Shown here: in pieces, positions 60,866-64,000 of the stretch | Position numbering within the stretch: position 1 is the stretch's first letter | Layout: the number at the start of each line of letters is the position of its first letter | Assembly (NCBI GenBank): GCA_965153285.1 | Contig: OZ229110.1 | Direction: 5' to 3' (one strand) | DNA: 64,000 bases | Source: Podarcis tiliguerta | Lineage: Eukaryota | The notes under the pieces: model-generated | Database searches by the model: none | What the model was told of the DNA's origin: nothing | Seen by the model: the letters and a program-made list of their open reading frames with translations, nothing else | Program-made: the position numbers and the translations under genes

Positions 60866-61260
60866 CTTTAAAGAGAATTGTAAGATGTAAAAACTATACT
60901 TTCAGTCTGTTTTAGATAATACTGGATTGGTACATAAAATGACAACTAAGAAATGCAACAGCAAACAGACTTTGTCTATTCCACCAATCTTAAGCAATCC
61001 TTGCACTCCCATGTGCTCACAAAACTCTTGTGCATGAGTATTGCCCCATGCAGTTCAGTAAAGGGAGCATATCCTCACTTGTAACTCTATCATCAAGTAA
61101 AAAAGAATGTAAGAATTCTGAGTAGGAGAATTCCATAAATGCAGAGAGGTCCCACATCCATAAGATACCATTGTATCGGGACAAATTTAAAAGGCACCAT
61201 TTTCACACGAGACAAGACAGCAAGGAGAAAAAAGAAGTGAGGAAAGATATTTATAGTTAC

Positions 61261-61344
61261 CTGAACCGTATGTATATTCTTCTTCCCTATGATACGAAAC
61301 AGACACCTTTTCTTCTGAAATGGTCCATTGTTGTTCTGTTGGTA
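61261..61344 (-). CDS. TTN: titin PEVK exon
   Basis: 84 nt, VPTEQQWTISEEKVSVSYHREEEYTYGS. Confidence 0.86.
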
Positions 61345-62268
61345 CTTTAAAAAGCAAGAATTCACTTTAGTGTTTTTTAAATTAAAGATTTGGTAGACAA
61401 TGAATCTATCCTTACGGAAGTCGCATAACACCAACATACTACATTTAGTGAACTCAGCACCACAGCTCAAAATTACACCATAAGGGTGGATGTGCCACAG
61501 CAATAAAGAGAAACAAAAATCATAACAGGTAACAATTGAGACCATAAAGCATAAAAAGCATTTTCAAGCAGTCCAAACCATTTTTGTGTGCAAAGAGAAC
61601 GTACAAAAGCCCCGTTTCCAAAGAAAAGCAGACATAAGAAGACCAAGAGAGTGGACACATACTTTTGTGAGTATACAGGAGAAGTTGTATTAAATGGTAA
61701 CATATAGTGTAAATTAGATGAATATAGAAGATATTAAAGAAAGAAACCAAAAAGCAAGAATTCTGCGCCAATATAGACTCGGTGCCTAGGTGTTGTGGAA
61801 ACCCCACAGGACTTAAGAGAACCCTGTTTCCCCACATTCATTTAAAGCACACACACCCTATAGTGATGAGAACTACCATTTCTTCCTCTAATGGCAAACT
61901 CAGAACAACAACAGGACTGGAGTCAAAACAGATGGATTTAAGGAGCCTTAAGGAGAAACAAAAGAGGCACTAGCATGCTTTGGGAGTTGGTGTGTTTTGG
62001 AGTGTTGTGATATGGGAAGTAGAAAAACAGAATTGCGGTAAGTGTATGGGGATTGGGGGATTTCTCAAGGCATGGTCACCATTCCTGCATAGAGAAAGAG
62101 AATGCCATGTGTGACTGTGAAGTGGGAACAACACAATGGGTTAATAAAAACCAGCAATCACTGCAGGTCAGCACAGAGTGCACATGTGGGCATGCATGCA
62201 TACATTATGGAAATATTCGGATCAGGGATTACATATAAACGCTGAAAAAATAAAAATGTGTTTTGTAC

Positions 62269-62334
62269 CTTTTCTCTCTACCACTTCTTCATGGACCACC
62301 TTTCGTGCAGGTTTTGGTGGTGGAGCTTCTGTAG
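62269..62334 (-). CDS. TTN: titin PEVK exon
   Basis: 66 nt, ATEAPPPKPARKVVHEEVVERK. Confidence 0.86.
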
Positions 62335-62951
62335 CTTAAAGGATATAAATAGTTAGTCCCAAGCCTTTTCGGTCATCATCTAGGCTAAGATTACATGCAG
62401 AAAATGTAACATCACACTGCATATGAGCTTGCATTTTTGCATCACTCATGGGATACAATTTACAAAAGACCAAATCAATACATAGCAAAGGGTTGTATCC
62501 AAGTAAGTCATTCTGTTCATGCAAGGACTTCAATATGCATAGTAGAAGTCCCCTTGTCTCCTCATGCTTTCCTATGTCTCTCCCCCAAATCTGCTCAAGG
62601 GGGTTGGGGAAAACCCCATAACTCTTAACTATAACCTCTTGCTTTTAATGGACAACTCATCTCCATTTGCTTCCCCATCACTACTTCCATCCCTCTGCTA
62701 GTAGCTGGGCACCTAGTTTGCAAGAAGGAGGTCCAAGGTGAAGTCCCTGGCCTCTCCAGTTAAAAGGGACAGGGTGCAGATAACATGAAAGGCATCTGCC
62801 ATGGAGACCAGTGCCAGCCAGAGGAAACAGTACACTGGATCAGATGAACAAAACAGGCTGACCTGTTAAGGCAGTTTCATGTATTTCATGGATATGAAAT
62901 TGATGCAAATGTATTAATAGCACATGCAATTTATATCATCTTCAGTAATAC

Positions 62952-63029
62952 CTCTGGCCCGTTTGAGATGTTCTTCCTCCATCACTTTAGCCTTTCTTTC
63001 CACCTCTTCGGTTACAGGTTTCCGTGTAA
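62952..63029 (-). CDS. TTN: titin PEVK exon
   Basis: 78 nt, ctgtag|VTRKPVTEEVERKAKVMEEEHLKRAR|gtatta. Confidence 0.8.
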
Positions 63030-63220
63030 CTACAGGGAATTTAAATAATTTCACATTAGCTGGAAATTGGTTCATTTTACACAGAAGTTATCTTAAGAAT
63101 ATAATGGGAATATGCACTTTTTTAAAAGGAAAGGAAAGGAAAGGAAATAGGACTGTGAGAATCTGAATAGGACTTGCTGCAGTGGGAAATGTTTTGATAC
63201 TAAAATTCTAAAGTCCATAC

Positions 63221-63313
63221 CTTTTTCTACCACAACTTTCTTCTCTACTTTCTTGGCTGAAATCTCTGGTGGTTTCCGCGTAGGTGGTTCTGGCTTTCCT
63301 GGAACCTGGACAA
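63221..63313 (-). CDS. TTN: titin PEVK exon
   Basis: 93 nt, tacag|VVQVPGKPEPPTRKPPEISAKKVEKKVVVEK|gtatgg; an alternative in-frame acceptor would end the exon at 63298. Confidence 0.8.
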
Positions 63314-63905
63314 CTGTAACATACATTACATTTATATTAGAGAACATTACCTTACACCTGCTTCATAAACATCAAGGATTGTATAATTGAGAAAGAAAAA
63401 GAGTGCAGGGAATGTTAGGAGTTGTGTATTCTTGGCCCAAATAGAAATCAACACTGGCCGCCATTTGCTTAAGCAGTGCAGCATTGTTCCATCTGCAAAA
63501 GAATATGCTTATTTTTTAATATGACCTGTAAGGCAAGGTATAGGCAGATTTAGATTGGATGAACATCCATTTGAAATATTTCTGCTGTTGGATTATGCCG
63601 AAATGGCAAAACTGACCAGAAAGCTCAGGACCAAGAGGACCAAAACTTTAATAAAGAATGAGAAAAAAAATGTAATTTACTTGAGAGACCACTGTAAGCA
63701 GATGAAAACTTTAGCAGGATTGCAATAACACTTGTAATGTTGAAAATATTATGGACAAAATGGAGAGACATAAAATTTGGACGATGAAATAATATGCAGT
63801 TGAAAAGTCTCATAATAGGACCCAAGGAGGGGAAGGTGGGAAGATTTGGAAAAATCTCTAAATATGCATATGTATTTTGTATTGTTATAATTCTGCACTT
63901 GTAAA

Positions 63906-64000
63906 GGGATGCAGGTGGCGCTGTGGGTTAAACAGAGCCTAGGACTTGCTGATCAGAAGGTTGGCGGTTCAAATCCCCGCGACGGGGTGAGCTCCCGTTG
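63906..64000 (+). mobile_element. Sauria SINE 5' head (runs off the window)
   Basis: gggatgcaggtggcgctgtgggttaa...ggttcaaatccccgcgacggggtgagctcccgttg. Confidence 0.9.

Larger units (their letters stand above)
1..63313 (-). other. TTN: titin gene segment (PEVK region to distal I-band Ig domains), 89 coding exons resolved; gene extends beyond both window ends
   Basis: Chain of in-frame exons with GT/GC-AG boundaries; PPAK/polyE PEVK repeats followed by RRKLRPGSGGEKPPDE and tandem I-set Ig domains including the I27/I91 sequence. Confidence 0.98.

Noticed and set aside
21122-62334. Regularly recurring ctttaaagatattag/caggcac motif resembling a CRISPR-like array
   Set aside because: The repeats are splice acceptors and PEVK exon starts with irregular 0.2-2.5 kb spacing in a vertebrate gene; there are no cas genes

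Overview
Eukaryotic genomic DNA from a squamate reptile. Sauria SINEs are present, and their style suggests a lacertid lizard (inference). The whole window lies inside one gene on the minus strand, titin (TTN). I resolved 89 coding exons by hand from splice signals and reading frame. In transcript order, 69 PEVK exons (63313->15603, all phase 1-1 and multiples of 3) are followed by 20 exons (14021->1) encoding the end of the PEVK region and distal I-band Ig domains equivalent to human I84-I98, including the I91 (old I27) domain. Introns carry Sauria SINEs, older tRNA-SINE fragments, Tc1/mariner-pogo and hAT MITEs and microsatellites. The most unusual observations are: (1) two giant PEVK cassette exons (1455 and 1767 nt) built from intra-exonic hierarchical repeats; (2) a stereotyped non-canonical PEVK 3' splice site, ACTAATATCTTTAAAG, which combines a QKI-like ACUAAY, an RBM20-like UCUU and an AAG acceptor; (3) visible exon turnover (a dead exon, in-frame acceptor shifts, recent exon duplications); and (4) two GC-AG introns. 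No prokaryotic system, CRISPR array or RNA gene was found. Comparisons with human titin come from recalled sequence, not from a database search, and novelty cannot be confirmed without one.
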